DNA from: Yuukianura sp. NJ FZ-2021
Taxonomy: Eukaryota
Direction of reading: 5' to 3'
Assembly (NCBI GenBank): GCA_046563655.1
Contig: CM102285.1
Location: 1 to 64,000 of the forward strand
Length of the DNA: 64,000 bases
The position numbers and the translations under genes are program-made. The notes under the pieces are model-generated. The model saw only the letters and a program-made list of their open reading frames with translations, was not told the DNA's origin and ran no database searches. Every line of letters begins with the position of its first letter. Position 1 is the first letter of the stretch. Below are positions 1-11,776 of the stretch, in pieces.

Positions 1-600
1 GTCTTCCGGTCTTCCGGTCTTCCGGCTTCCGTCTTCCAGAGAATTTTTTGTCTTCCGGTCTTCCGGCTTCCGTCTTCCAGAGAACTTTTTGTCTTCCGGT
101 CTTCCGTCTTCCGTCTTCCAGAGAATTTTCCGTCTTCCAGTCTTCCAGAGGGTGTTTTGTCATATAGTCTTCCGACTTCCATAGGCTGTTTTGTCTTCCA
201 CTCTTCCGTCTTCCAGAGAATATTTTGTCTTCCGGTCTTCCATCTTCCGTCTTCCAGAGGATATTTTGTCTTCCGGTCTTCCATCTTCCGTCTTCCAGAG
301 GATATTTTGTCTTCCGGTCTTCCATCTTCCGTCTTCCACAGAACTTTTCGTCTTCCGGTCTTCCGGCTTCCGTCTTCCAGAGAAATTTTCGTCTTCCAGT
401 CTTCCGGCTTCCGTCTTCCAGAGAATTTTTCGTCTTCCAATCTTCCGGCTTCCGTCTTCCAGAGAATTTTTCGTCTTCCAATCTTCCGGCTTCCGTCTTC
501 CAGAGAATTTTTCGTCTTCCAGTCTTCCGTCTTCAAATCTTCCGGAAGTCGGAAGAATGAAGCCGGAAGACGTCTTCCATGGAAGAATCTTCCGGAAGAC
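1..600. repeat. Minisatellite of ~41-42 bp units built from GTCTTCC subunits
   Basis: Repeated gtcttccggtcttcc(a/gg)cttccgtcttccagaga...tttt units from base 1 to ~535, then inverted ggaagac copies to ~600. The three overlapping ORFs at 157-648 are repeat artefacts. Confidence 0.95.
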
Positions 601-612
601 AGTACATCACTG
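1..612. mobile_element. Possible right end of a non-autonomous DNA transposon carrying the minisatellite
   Basis: The repeat ends abruptly at ...AGTACATCACTG (reverse complement CAGTGATGTACT), a CAGTG-type terminus seen in hAT-like elements. The other end is outside the window. Confidence 0.3.
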
Positions 613-2061
613 TTAGGCAGCACGAAATTTCAAATTTGTATTTTGTGAATTTTCAGGAAGCACGGTATTTTGTGAAATTTTTGGAAACACGAAATTTGAT
701 TTTTTTTTTGAAATTTGTGTAACAAAGTTAGTTAATCTGATGTGCAGCACTGTACAAATTACGTTACGTTTTTTAAGTTTTTGAGTTTGTTAACTGCTCA
801 ATTTTTAAAAGTTATGGAGGCATGAATGATTTAGGTTTTAAATTTTTAGTTTTTGCCAAAACCTAAAATTTAAGTATGGATTTTTTTGTCTTTTGGACAT
901 TTTTTTTTAACAAAAACTTCTCAGACAATTTGAAGCCTTTTTAATTATTTTTTTCAGTTAACTTCTTGACTTTCTGAACCATTTTTGTAAAAACTTTTTT
1001 GTTGAAAAGGGAGTATTTTTAAACCTCCCTCTTTTTTATTGAATTTGGATAATTAAGTTGAGACTGAGAGCAGAAAGTGGAGTGGGTCCTCCACCCTTCC
1101 ATTCACTTTCCCTAATGATCACATTTTCATTAAATTCAGTTCACATTCTCAACATAGGACTTTCCAATCATAAATTCAATTTTTTGTTTCTCAAAGTTAC
1201 AAAAAAAAACGAATTTTTTGTGTTACATGCCCATGCTTTTATTTGGAAGCTTTGATTTAAAAAATCTCATTTCCGCTCTCGTTCCTTGAGTATTTTTTAT
1301 GGCATTGCTTCAATTTTGTTTTTCTGTTAGAAAACATTCTGCTTTTCCCTTTCATTTATTCAGCTTCACCAAATTTCAATTTCACAACTGACAGAATCCC
1401 AAAATTTTGGTAACATTTTGGAAGGAGAGTTTTCATTTTTTGTAATTTTTAAATTGGATGGGCGGATGTTAGTTGTGGTCAGCAGAAAGGAAAAGGCGCG
1501 CTTTTTTTCAAAAAAAAAAATCTAATTTGACTTGATTGCGACGAAAATCTGGAAAACGAGTTTTTGGAATGAAAAAAATTTCCAAAAACTCCACATTTTT
1601 AACAAAACTATAATAAAGTTTTGAAATTAAGTAAAAAAGAAATTGAATCGAGTACATTATATAACATACTGAAGGTAATATGCGACTCCCTAGAAGGGGT
1701 AAATTGTGGATTGCGTAATTTCTGTGTTCTGGGAAGCCAGTTTCTGCATTGGGATAAAAATTCACTAAAAATTGAACGATTTTAACAAAAAAGAGATAAA
1801 AATTTGAAACATGAGAGGAAATTACATAAAATAGTGAACGCAATAAACTTGCCCCCTCAAAAAGGGTGAGTTGTGGATAGCGTAATTTGTGAAAGATGTA
1901 AAATTGGTGGGTAGAGATTGGTAGATTGTGGTGTGTTCTGGTAAGTGTGGGAATTTGGAGATGACATTTGGAGTTAGTGTTGTTAATTGGTTAATCAGGC
2001 GTTAATTGGAGTTCAGGTGAGGTTAATTAAGTAATCACTTAAGTTGTAACTTCTCTTTTAG

Positions 2062-4619
2062 GTGGTTGGCGTGTCGGAGGGTGGGTTCATGCCGCGGGAA
2101 GTGGTGGATGCGGAGACGGAGAGGAGGAGCGCGCGAGAGGCGCGACTTGTGGCCAAGGCCCTTGCGGTGGAGCAAGATCGGCAAATTCGGCTCAATTCCG
2201 TGGCTCGGGACTTGGAGTTGGGGCTTCCGATCAGCATCCAGCAGCCAGACGGAGAGGAGTTCCCTAGGAAGTGCCCCATGCAGTTACGCTCTTACGATCA
2301 GGTACCACTTCCGATCATACAAAATTCCAACACTTCCGATCACAAAAAATAGCACAAAAAATAGTTAGAACTTTCGATCACAAAAAAAATCAATCAGAAA
2401 ATAGTTGGGACTTCCGATCACAAAAAAATCAATCAGAAAATAGTTAGGACTTCCGATCACAAAAAAATCAATCAGAAAATAGTTAGGACTTCCGATCACA
2501 AAAAAAATCCCACAGAAAATCTCCATTTTTTATGTACGTTTTCGGCACATGAAAATCTAACTAAAAATTCATGGGCAATTTTCTGTTAGCATTTTTCCCC
2601 TTTTTGCCGAATTTTTATCAAAGCGGATGAGTTTCTTGCAGAAGGTTTTTGTAGTTGCAAATTGCGTTGAAATTTTACAGCAGAGAGTCTGGGTTTTTTG
2701 AAAATGAAAAATTTTGAAAGAATTCTTTCTGCTCCAGTCCACTCCATTCGAGAATTTTTCCAAAAATCTTTTTGTAATCACCGAATCATGAAAAGTAAAA
2801 AATGAAAATCTGTGAACCGATTTAGACAAATGTACAAGAATTTGCTGAAACTTGGAGTGTGGAAAGCAGACTTCTTTTTTTGAATTTTAACTTTCGAATT
2901 TTTTTGTTTCAAAAAACTTATCGAAGCGTGGATATTTTTTTTAACATCTAAGCATGAAAAGCAAGGTTGAATATGTGGAGATTTCGTTTGTGAAAATCTA
3001 CTATTCCCGCCCCGCTCTGACGGAATGCCAAGAGATTATTTGCCAAAATTTGAGTGTCATTTTTCTAAAACAGAAAAGTTTAGAAAAAAAAAATTCAAAA
3101 CTGTTTTGAACATCACTCTGAGTGGAGCTGTGTTTGGAAAACCGGAAATTGGAATGACGTCTTCTTTAAAACTCCGACTTTTGGAAATGCATCAAGAATT
3201 TTCCAAAGTTTTTTTTCTAAACAAGAATCTTGTAACCTGATTTTCAAATAGAAATAAAACAATAAAAATTTAAAAACACGGTTCACTACATTTGGTTTCA
3301 ACTTTCTAAAATTTGTGCTGTCAAATTTTTTGAAATAATTTTCAAAAAATCGTCACACGCGGACGCACAAACTCCAGCAGATTTCTTTAGTATTGTAAAA
3401 CTTGATTTTCTATTATTACCAATTTCCGTTTTTTTATGTATTTTTTTTTTGTTCGAAATAATACACTTTCGTATTCCAAAAATCGGCACACACGGACGCA
3501 CAAACTCCAGCAGATTTCGTTAGTATTGCAAAACTTTTTTTTTAAACTAATTTTCGTTTTTTTTTATTTCAGCAAGCTGAGATTGTGAAGGGGTTCATTC
3601 AAGGGCCCCCTAATAAAACAATATGCAACTCCTCCGACTGGGGGAGCAGCGGAAGTGGCCTCGAGGTCAAAGGTCAAGGTCGCTCAGCCTCCAAGCAGAC
3701 TGCCTGCAGTTGCCCGCTGCCCGCCCAACTTCAAGGGCCCTTCCTCCCTTTCCGCAAGCCTTCTTCAGTTTCAGGGAAGTCATCCCCACCTCACTCAAGG
3801 GCCCCCACTTGCTACATCCACTCGCGCCCTTCGTCGGCCAAGGGCCCCTCCAAGGGCAAGGACAGCAAAGGGGGGAGCCCTTCAGGCTCCACGCACTCGT
3901 CTACAACCTCCCTCTCATCCTCCGCCTCCAGTCAGCCGCACAAACCCACTTTTGCAGAGAAAATACTGTCGAGTATGTTTTCGGACAGGAGCAATCAGCC
4001 GAATAACAATTCGAGTCCGGGAGGAGGAGGAGGAGGGTGCCTCCTCCCGGACGAGACCAAATCCAAATCCTCCTCCAAGAGTTCCAAGGTCAAGAGTCAG
4101 TCATCATCTGCTTTTGGCAAGATTAAGGATTTTAAAAAGTTTTCAAATTTGCCGCCAACGGAGGCCCAAGTCTATGCCGTCACGATTCGGTCCGAACATG
4201 GATCGGGAAACGGGAAAATTGGTGCTGGAAAAGTGGAGTCAGTTTCGGACAGACCATCGACAGACCATGCAGACCGACCACCCACAGACCATTCAGACCA
4301 CCTCGGTCGCTTTCAATCTGAGCAGTTTGAGCCGCGCATGCGCAGTGATGAGTCTAGTGATCGAAATGGGAATGAGCGGGAACGAGCCTACAGCGATTCA
4401 ATGGTGCGCAATAGTCAACAGTCCTCTCTGCCCGAATCCAGTTCTGACTTGAGTGAGAGTCGGATGAGTTTGTGTTACGAAGGGGAGGAGTGGACAGGGG
4501 GCCCTGCGACTGAGCCTCAAGGGCCCCCTTCGTCCCTGATGAGTGAACATGACCCGACGTCTTTCCTCTACCAACATATTCACCAGTCCCCCCCACCCCC
4601 TCCCCCACCCATCGCCTAG
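2062..4619 (+). CDS. 3' end (last two coding exons) of an unidentified protein with a long Ser/Pro-rich disordered tail
   Basis: Exon 2062-2301 (tttag|...CAG|gtacc, phase 0) splices in frame to exon 3573-4619 (tttcag|CAA GCT GAG ATT GTG AAG..., stop TAG). GC-rich, codon-like composition. Upstream exons lie before the window. Confidence 0.75.
2326..2520. repeat. Intronic tandem repeat, ~39 bp unit ACTTCCGATCACAAAAAAATCAATCAGAAAATAGTTAGG, about 5 copies
   Basis: Directly visible. The same core (ctttccgatcacaaaaaaat) recurs inverted at ~47459-47480. Confidence 0.9.
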
Positions 4620-5691
4620 ACCCCCCCCTCTAACGTCAAGGCCCCTCCCCCTCTTTTTCTAAAAAGTAGACTTTTTGTGGAGTGTGAGTGAAACCAAGAG
4701 TTGCCTCTCAACGCAGAAGGGAAACTGTCGATATAAATTGTGGATACCAAAACTTGAAAACTTTGAATCCAAAGATTAATTAATCTCAACAAAAGTGAAA
4801 AGTAATTAAGACGGTTGAAGGTTTAGAACTTTGAAGTCCCCCTCTCAAATTATTTATTATTGGAAACGACAATGTTTGCATGTGATGACGCCGTCCGTTT
4901 CAAAAATCTTTCAAGAATGGTCGACTAAACCACTGAAAAGGCGGAAAAGCGGAGCCTGTCTACTGGTCGCTGTTTTTTGCATTTTGGATCTTCGTATGTT
5001 CAGCAGAAGTTGAAACTTTGAACAGTTTTTGGGTTGAGGAAGAAGCCAGTCTGGAACTTCCTTCTTAAAAATGGAAAGTGTTTCGGAAAAAGTACAAAGA
5101 GCAAAATGTGAAAACTGGAATGCAGATGAAACAGAAAAAGTAGTCAAACAATTTACTACGACCGGAAATAAGGAGTTGAAACAAGACGCGGGAAGGTGAG
5201 AAAACGAATTTTTTTAAAACTTTTTTTCCCAACATTTTCGTTTAAACTTTTGTTTCTTTTGCTTTGTAAATTTGTAGATTCGTAAATGTAAATATGTAAA
5301 TTAAAAATTTAAAGTGTGAATATCTTGTAATTGATGGTATTTTTGATGTTTTTAGTGATGTGATGATGATGGTGCCATGTTTGTGGAAAGAGTAGAGAAT
5401 GCGCCGGCGCAGTTTGGAACGGACTTGATGGAAACAAAATGGATTCGACACAAGACTGAAGCAACAACAAAACATAAACAATGGACAGAAATTCATTGAA
5501 GGGGGAACGGACTACAAGTTCTCATTTTAAGGACGATTTTATTCTTTAGACCAAGTTCTGTTTTTTAACTTTTAAAATTTTAACCAAATTCGGTTGTTTT
5601 CCCAAAAACAGAATTTTGTTTTTGTACCTGGGACTAATTTGAGCCTAATTGTCAAAAAGTGAAGTTTTAAAAAGTTTATACTCCTTTTGAT

Positions 5692-5871
5692 TCAAGTGTG
5701 GGCTAAGGTTGAAGTAAGGCAGAGCAACACCAATGCGTCTAACCAATAAACCTAATGTAAACGTCATCCTATTCATACAATAATTGGATTACATTAACCT
5801 AAATGTGTACACTGGAACGTGTCCGCCTTACTTCAACCGAGTAATTCCTGCTGGAAAAAGCCCACACTTGA
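5692..5871. mobile_element. MITE-like element with bipartite inverted repeats
   Basis: TCAAGTGTGGGCT (5692-5704) pairs with AGCCCACACTTGA (5859-5871). GGTTGAAGTAAGGC (5707-5720) pairs with GCCTTACTTCAACC (5825-5838). Related GGTTG(A/G)AGTAAG motifs occur at ~9141, ~53952 and ~55046. Confidence 0.55.
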
Positions 5872-7052
5872 GTGAATCGAGTAGAAACTGGAGGTTTAGA
5901 GAAATAATAGAAAGGAAAACTTTTGGAGGGAATTTCAATTGAAATTTTAAATTTCAAATGATTTAAATTTTTCTATTCCCGGGTTTATGTTTTAATTTAG
6001 ACTAACTTTAACTGTGAGCTCACTTTTTCTAATTGTACAATTGTAGTCAGTCCTCTGTTTTAAAACTTTCAAAATTTCAAAAATTTATGGTAGCCACGCT
6101 TTTTCCAAACCTCCCGCAAACTCTTGTAGCCAAAGAAAATCAACAACTTTGTTTAATTGTACCAAAAATTTCAAAAACATTGGAAAAGGCGATGGGAAAT
6201 TTGAGAATTTGAGAAATTTTTCCAGGTTTCCGGTTCAGTTTTTTTTCTTTGTTTGAAGTTTTTCTGTTTTAAAAAAGCTTACAGAAGACTCGTCTTATGT
6301 TTAATGTTTACTATGTTTATGTTTACTTTTTAACACTAACTTTTAACAGGAGAGAGACAAGGGTTGAATGGTTTGAAATCTGTGGTAGGGACTTACATGT
6401 TGACGAGAATTATTGTTGGGGATAATTGGGCGTCAGCAGTTCCAAAACAAAGTGCTGAGATTTGGTTCGTTTTTAGAAAAGAAGGTCAAAGGTCAAGTTT
6501 TGTTTGTTGCAGGATTCAGACTGAACAAAAGTAAAAAAAACTTCAAAAGAAATGTTGAGTGGGGGAAGGATTGGACTTTTTGACAAAATTTTGTACTAAT
6601 TTTAATTTAAGTAAAAGTTAAAAGTTATGGAGTTTATGAGTTGAAAGTCTATGATTTGTTAAAGTAAGAGGAGACAGAAAGTGACACGACTGCCAGTGAA
6701 GTCTTTCAAAGTCAATGCGCTTTGAGCTTGTTCTAAAAAGCAAATGGGCTTTTGGATACAAGCAGGAAGTTGAACGAGTGGAGGATGCTGTGCAAAAACA
6801 AAAAGTTTTTGAAAGTGGAATTTTTTAAATAAGAGATTTTAAATTTCAAAATTTGTAAAGGTGTGTTGACTCACTCATTTAAAAAAAAAGTGTAAGAAAA
6901 GCTCTCTGATTTGAGCAAAGATTTTCTGTTCATTGTTTTGCACAATTTGAGGTCAAAATTTTTCATTTGATTGTTTTCAAAAAATTTGTGCAGTAACAAG
7001 GTAAATAGAATACTACAGGTAGTGCGAACAGAAACTTGGTTGGGTTGCCACG

Positions 7053-7213
7053 GCATTTTTTTTATGACGTCACTCGTTGAAAAATACCGTAATCGTCAGC
7101 TTATTATCCGAGGCGCGTATCTAATCATCAAACGGTATATGGGTTTCTATAGGATACCATCATTATTCCCCGAATTCCGGTATTTTTCAACGAGTGACGT
7201 CACAAACAAAAGC
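7053..7213. mobile_element. Inverted-repeat (MITE/foldback) element
   Basis: Perfect 25-bp arms TGACGTCACTCGTTGAAAAATACCG / CGGTATTTTTCAACGAGTGACGTCA within ~43-bp imperfect arms. Confidence 0.6.
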
Positions 7214-8314
7214 TGGCGTTGGTTGCTAAGGGGGCTGAACGCAGGGGGCTGGTGCAGTAATGATTCTGTTGATTGAAGTTATTGGTTTGAAGGTGATTCA
7301 AAAACTAAAATACGAAACTGAAAAAGTATTACAAGCGATTGAAACTTTCAGAAACTAAATTTGAAAAGTTTAGGAGAATCACCATTGGTCCTTTCCGTTC
7401 TCTATTTAGAAGTTAAGTAAAAAAGAATAACTTTTAAGAACAACATTTTTACGAACTTCGTCGTCGGAGAGTCGTGAAATTTCGGCACAAAAACTTTCCA
7501 AGTTTGTTAAATTTTCCAACCTTGAGAAATTTCCAAGTGGAGTGCAGGAAGTGATGGAACTGACAGTCCAAAACCAATTGAATTTCAAAGTTAACCCAGA
7601 GGGTTATTAACCTATTAGGTCAAATTAACCCATGAAGTTGACCTGTGAGGTCAAATTAACCCATGAGTCATGGCGGAAGTGTTAAAAAGTGTTGATTGTT
7701 CTCCTTAGGGACCCTACATGTACTCCAACTCCTCCTACAACTAATTAAGACTAATAATTAGTTAATTGTGGTCAGTTTTTAATGTAAGAAGTTTTAAAAA
7801 GAATCGGGGGGTCCTCTCAACATTTTAAAAGGAAAAACTAAGTTTAAGGGAAGTTTAAGTTTAAGAGCGGAGAAAAAAGATGAACACTGAACTGAAATAA
7901 ACCTTTGACAAAAAGGAACTTCTGTAAAACGTCAAGAAATGTAATTTATACTCAAAATAATAAAATATAAGAACCAAAACTAACAACAAAACTCAGTTTT
8001 TCAAAAGTTTATTAATTTCCTGCTTTTTAGTTTTTATCATTTATTGCTTATTTCAAAAAAACATAACAGCCCGGGGCACTTTTGGAAGTTTTACGGTATC
8101 GATGCTCATTTTTGGAAACATTACACATCATACGCATCTTTGGGGTCATCAGGGTCACGTGCCATATCCTCACTAAAAATTTTAAAACTTTTAAGTAAAT
8201 TTTAGTAGTTAATTCAAAAATGAAAGTTAGAGTGTGAAATATTAAAAAGTGGTAGAAATACCGTAAAGAGTCTGTTAGTTGGAAGCGTTTTAAAAGGTGA
8301 GCAGCAGAAAGAGG

Positions 8315-8884
8315 TCAAAGTTCAAGTAGAAATGTTCGATCGGTTCTAAGATACCTGGCCACGTATGGAAGGTTGTGTGGTCCAGCGGAGCTGTATGACT
8401 TCAAGTGCGGTAAATCCAAGGTGTGTTGACCAAATTTACAGAACAGGTAAGTCCATGCGCTAACTTGACCTTGACCTTGACCTTGAGGAATGTCCAACCG
8501 GATGACCTCTTCACGGCGATGGTATACATTTGGATGCTCTTCCAGCATGTCCAGGTTCTTCAACATCTCCTCATCCACGTCATACACTTCTCCCTCAACT
8601 TCCTGAATGAATTTATACATCCAACTGGTTAAAATATTTCAACTTTGAACAACTCAACTTTTAACTTTTAACAATTTAACTTTTGAATTTTAACAATGAA
8701 GTACCTGTCCAGTTCCAGGGACGTCAAGAAGAAAAGGAACGTTGTACCTCGATGCAATGACGAGAGGGTACTTGGTTGCCATGGTACCCGTGGACACGAA
8801 GCGGGCGTTGCCATGGGACGCAGTCGTGAGCCAATGGTGATTCGGCTCTCCACTCTTCAGAGTTCCATACACAAAGACGTACAT
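8315..8884 (-). CDS. GGACT: Gamma-glutamylamine cyclotransferase (AIG2-like/GGACT family), 155 aa
   Basis: Exons 8884-8705 and 8602-8315 with GT-AG ends. Contains the VFVYGTLK motif, YPLVIASRYNVPFLL, and EVEGEVYDVD...LDMLEEHP with the catalytic Glu region. Confidence 0.9.
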
Positions 8885-9412
8885 AGTTCAAAGGTCAAAG
8901 GTCAACTGTGGATTTTGCCGTTAAGTGTTGGTTCCAGGTCAATGCTACTCGTAACTGAACCTAAAAGAACAATGTCAAATGAACAGATTTTAAAAGTGAG
9001 ACACATCACACATTACCGCACGTTTTTAGATAAATTGATAAATTTTAAATGTTGAGATAAATTTTCCTCTTTGCCCAGCTTCTTATCGCTTCTTATCTTC
9101 GGTAACGGTGGTACTAGAAATGACGTGTAGGCAAAAATTTGGTTGGAGTAAGGCTTAAGCACCATCATTGTATACCTTTTTACGTAAATTTTGAATTGTT
9201 TTGAAATTTGGAAAATACCAAATTGGAGAAAAATTCAACTAAAATCTGATTTTTTGATGTACCTGAGAAAAATTCAACTGAAGAATCTATTCCCACATGT
9301 CAAATCCAACTCATTTAATTATAATTTTTTAACTTCATTTTACACTTGATTATGTTTAACTCTTGTTATAAAGATATTTCTAGCCCTTCGGGCGGAAAGC
9401 CCAACACAAAAG

Positions 9413-9509
9413 TTGGAATAAATATTTTTTTGTGCCCTACTGTGTAAGTTACACAGTAGGGCACAAAAAAATATTTATTCCAATATTGAGGTTACACAGT
9501 GTAACCTCA
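9413..9509. repeat. Perfect palindrome (35-bp arms, 1-nt loop) followed by an 11-bp-arm palindrome
   Basis: 9413-9447 is the exact reverse complement of 9449-9483. TGAGGTTACAC-A-GTGTAACCTCA follows at 9487-9509. Confidence 0.95.
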
Positions 9510-9630
9510 CCTGCTGTTGTTTACTTTTGGATTGTTTCAGTTTGTGTGTGTTTTTCTGTCAGTTAATTGATTAGTTTACTAATTACTTTGCCCTTTGACC
9601 TCACTTAATCCTGTTTCTGTAGATCTTTAG

Positions 9631-10281
9631 ATGATGTCTCCTGATCCCCCTCAGAATCGCGATGAGTTGACACGTAGTCCAGGGCTGGAGATATCAGCTG
9701 ACATGGGCCTGATAGAGGACTACCCAGATGACATCATGGGTGAGGGTGACCATGACCTGGACTACTCCAGTCAACCAGAGTCATGGACAAGTGACGAAGA
9801 ACAAGGTCAAGGGCACTATGGCACGCAAGACGACGTGGACGAAGCGGGCAACGTCAGAGTCCGAACGCAGTATCGAATGCTCATTCCTTTTCAAATTGAT
9901 ACTGCCCAGGATTCGGGCGATGAAGATACTGCCCAAGTCACTCCAGCACTACCGACAGTAGATGGAACACATGAACACAAAAACGTAAATAATTTCGTTT
10001 CACAATTAATCACAAAAACGTAAACATTTCGTTTCACAATTAATCTTTGTCTTTGCTTTATTAATTTTCAGTTTGTTTTTTAGTCGACAGATCCAGTTGA
10101 ATCCGATTCCCGCGAAATAGCCTTAACTGATGACAGTATTGAGAAAATCAAGGCAGCCATGCAGTCCTTTACACTTCCAGAAACAGCCATTCCGCCATGG
10201 GCAAAGGACATCACTGAAGATGGATGGAAGCAGGAACTCAAGGCACTTAAGGGGTCCGGACCCTTTAAGATGCCCCCTTGA
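9631..10281 (+). CDS. MEA1: Male-enhanced antigen 1 homolog
   Basis: Exons 9631-9984 and 10084-10281 (phase 0). Acidic N-terminus starting MSPDP and the conserved C-terminal block IEKIKAAMQSFTLPETAIPPWAKDITEDGWK. Confidence 0.85.
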
Positions 10282-10518
10282 CTCAAGGAGGCCCTTCAAC
10301 TTTTCATTTTCAATAATTATCATGTTAGGTACCCTTAACATACCCTACACTTAAAGCTTTATTCTGATTCTACAAAGTAAAGGATTGCTTCGGAGTCTGC
10401 GTCATCTTAATTTCATACTGATTGACAAAACTTTTTGTTTCACTTTTCAATGCCGAGGCGGTGGACAGTTTCAGCAGAGTTTTAAAAAAATTGAACTTTT
10501 TTGAAAAGTTTGAAAAGA

Positions 10519-11261
10519 ATGGCATCTGCAGTTAGCACCGTGTCAGGCACACAAAGCAAGAAGAAAGGTCAAAGTTCACGCGGGGAACGGAACAACTTTG
10601 AGATGTGCCACTCTGCTTGGTAAACTTTAGTTTTAATTTTCAGTTGTTAAATACTAAATTAGTAAGTTGTTAAATGTTTAGGAAGGACTTTCTGCTGCAT
10701 GAAAAGCGGCTCATCAATAAGCGGACTTTGAACTGGGACTTTATCCACCAATTAACACCACGGACACACACAGTAAATGTATTTTTCATTAGTATATAAA
10801 ACTAAAATAAAACGTTTTACTACGCTTTTATTGAACTGAACAAAGCTACAATTTCAATTCTCATTTCATTTAGAAACAGAATGGAATTGTTGCAAATTCA
10901 GACCATGGAAAAGTGTTAGGAAAGTCTTCAGGTTATATCGTTGAACTAAAATTTTAGTTTTTAGTTTTCAAATCAATTTTTCAAAATTTTGTTACAATTT
11001 TCAGAAGTGATTGGATCTAGATGGAGAGAGTCATTTGACCTTTACGTGACACAGAGTGACCTTCGTCTTCCCAAAATTCGGTTTCAGCAGGAACAAACTG
11101 GGTTCTACAGACAACTCAAAATTAAAAAGGAAATTTCAGCACAACTGGAAAGTCGAAAGGAAATTCCAGCGAAATTGGAAAGTCAAAAGGAAATTGGAAA
11201 TTCTCAGACGCTTCTTCCTACGAAACGAATTTCCTATTTGCCAAACCCCATTGTTTGTTAA
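10519..11261 (+). CDS. Small 4-exon protein resembling C20orf85/LLC1 (CIMIP1, ciliary microtubule inner protein)
   Basis: Exons 10519-10619, 10682-10772, 10874-10931, 11005-11261 join in consistent phases. NF..HSAWKDFLLHE...NWDFI and SSEVIGSRW...FDLY resemble the two motifs I recall for the LLC1 family. Confidence 0.5.
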
Positions 11262-11441
11262 ACTTAATTGTTAGTTGTTACATTCAAAGCCAAAAGGACT
11301 TGAACAATTCAAAATTTCCAGTTGAAATTGCCAATTTGTCCGAAATTTTCAAAATTTGTGGAGTCAAGAAGCCTCAGAGCATAGCATAGCAGTTACAGAT
11401 GAAAGGGAAAACCCAGAAAAAGCGGACAGAAAGCAACAACT

Positions 11442-11515
11442 GCCCGATTAACTCAGTCGGTTAGAGTGTCGTGCTAATAACGCGAAAGTCGCAGGTTCGA
11501 CCCCTGCATCGGGCA
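11442..11515 (+). tRNA. tRNA-Ile, anticodon AAT
   Basis: Full cloverleaf: acceptor GCCCGAT/ATCGGGC+A, D stem ACTC/GAGT, anticodon arm TCGTG-CTAATAA-CGCGA, T arm GCAGG-TTCGACC-CCTGC. Followed by an oligo-T Pol III terminator. Confidence 0.93.
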
Positions 11516-11776
11516 AATTTTTTTTTCTCATTTCATTACTGACAAAATTCATTGTTACCAATTTCATAAAGAGTTTAGCATTAAAATTTAGTATCATTGG
11601 AATCAATATTTCGTTTTTTTTATTAACTAAATATTTATTGATTTTCCCATGTCCTTAATATTAATTAAATATTTTAAGGTTTTTGATAAAGAAAATATTT
11701 AACATGTATTATCTATTATGTAATTTATGTAATCTAATATGTAATTTATGTAAGTTAATGTAAACTTCACTACATT

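Noticed and set aside
157-648. Three overlapping ORFs of 111-163 aa
   Set aside because: Products of the stop-free GTCTTCC minisatellite.
1-2520. Tandem arrays as CRISPR
   Set aside because: Eukaryotic context, no unique spacers, no cas genes.
5071-6830. Exon-like pieces (MESVSEKVQRAKCENWNADETEKVV..., GERQGLNGLKSVVG...) suggesting a Myb/SANT-like or other gene
   Set aside because: Splice phases lead to early stops and no coherent ORF could be built. Possibly a pseudogene or lncRNA.
8775-8820. Two GTTGCCATGG X-box-like motifs
   Set aside because: They lie inside GGACT exon 1 and can be explained by codons; the second half-sites are weak.
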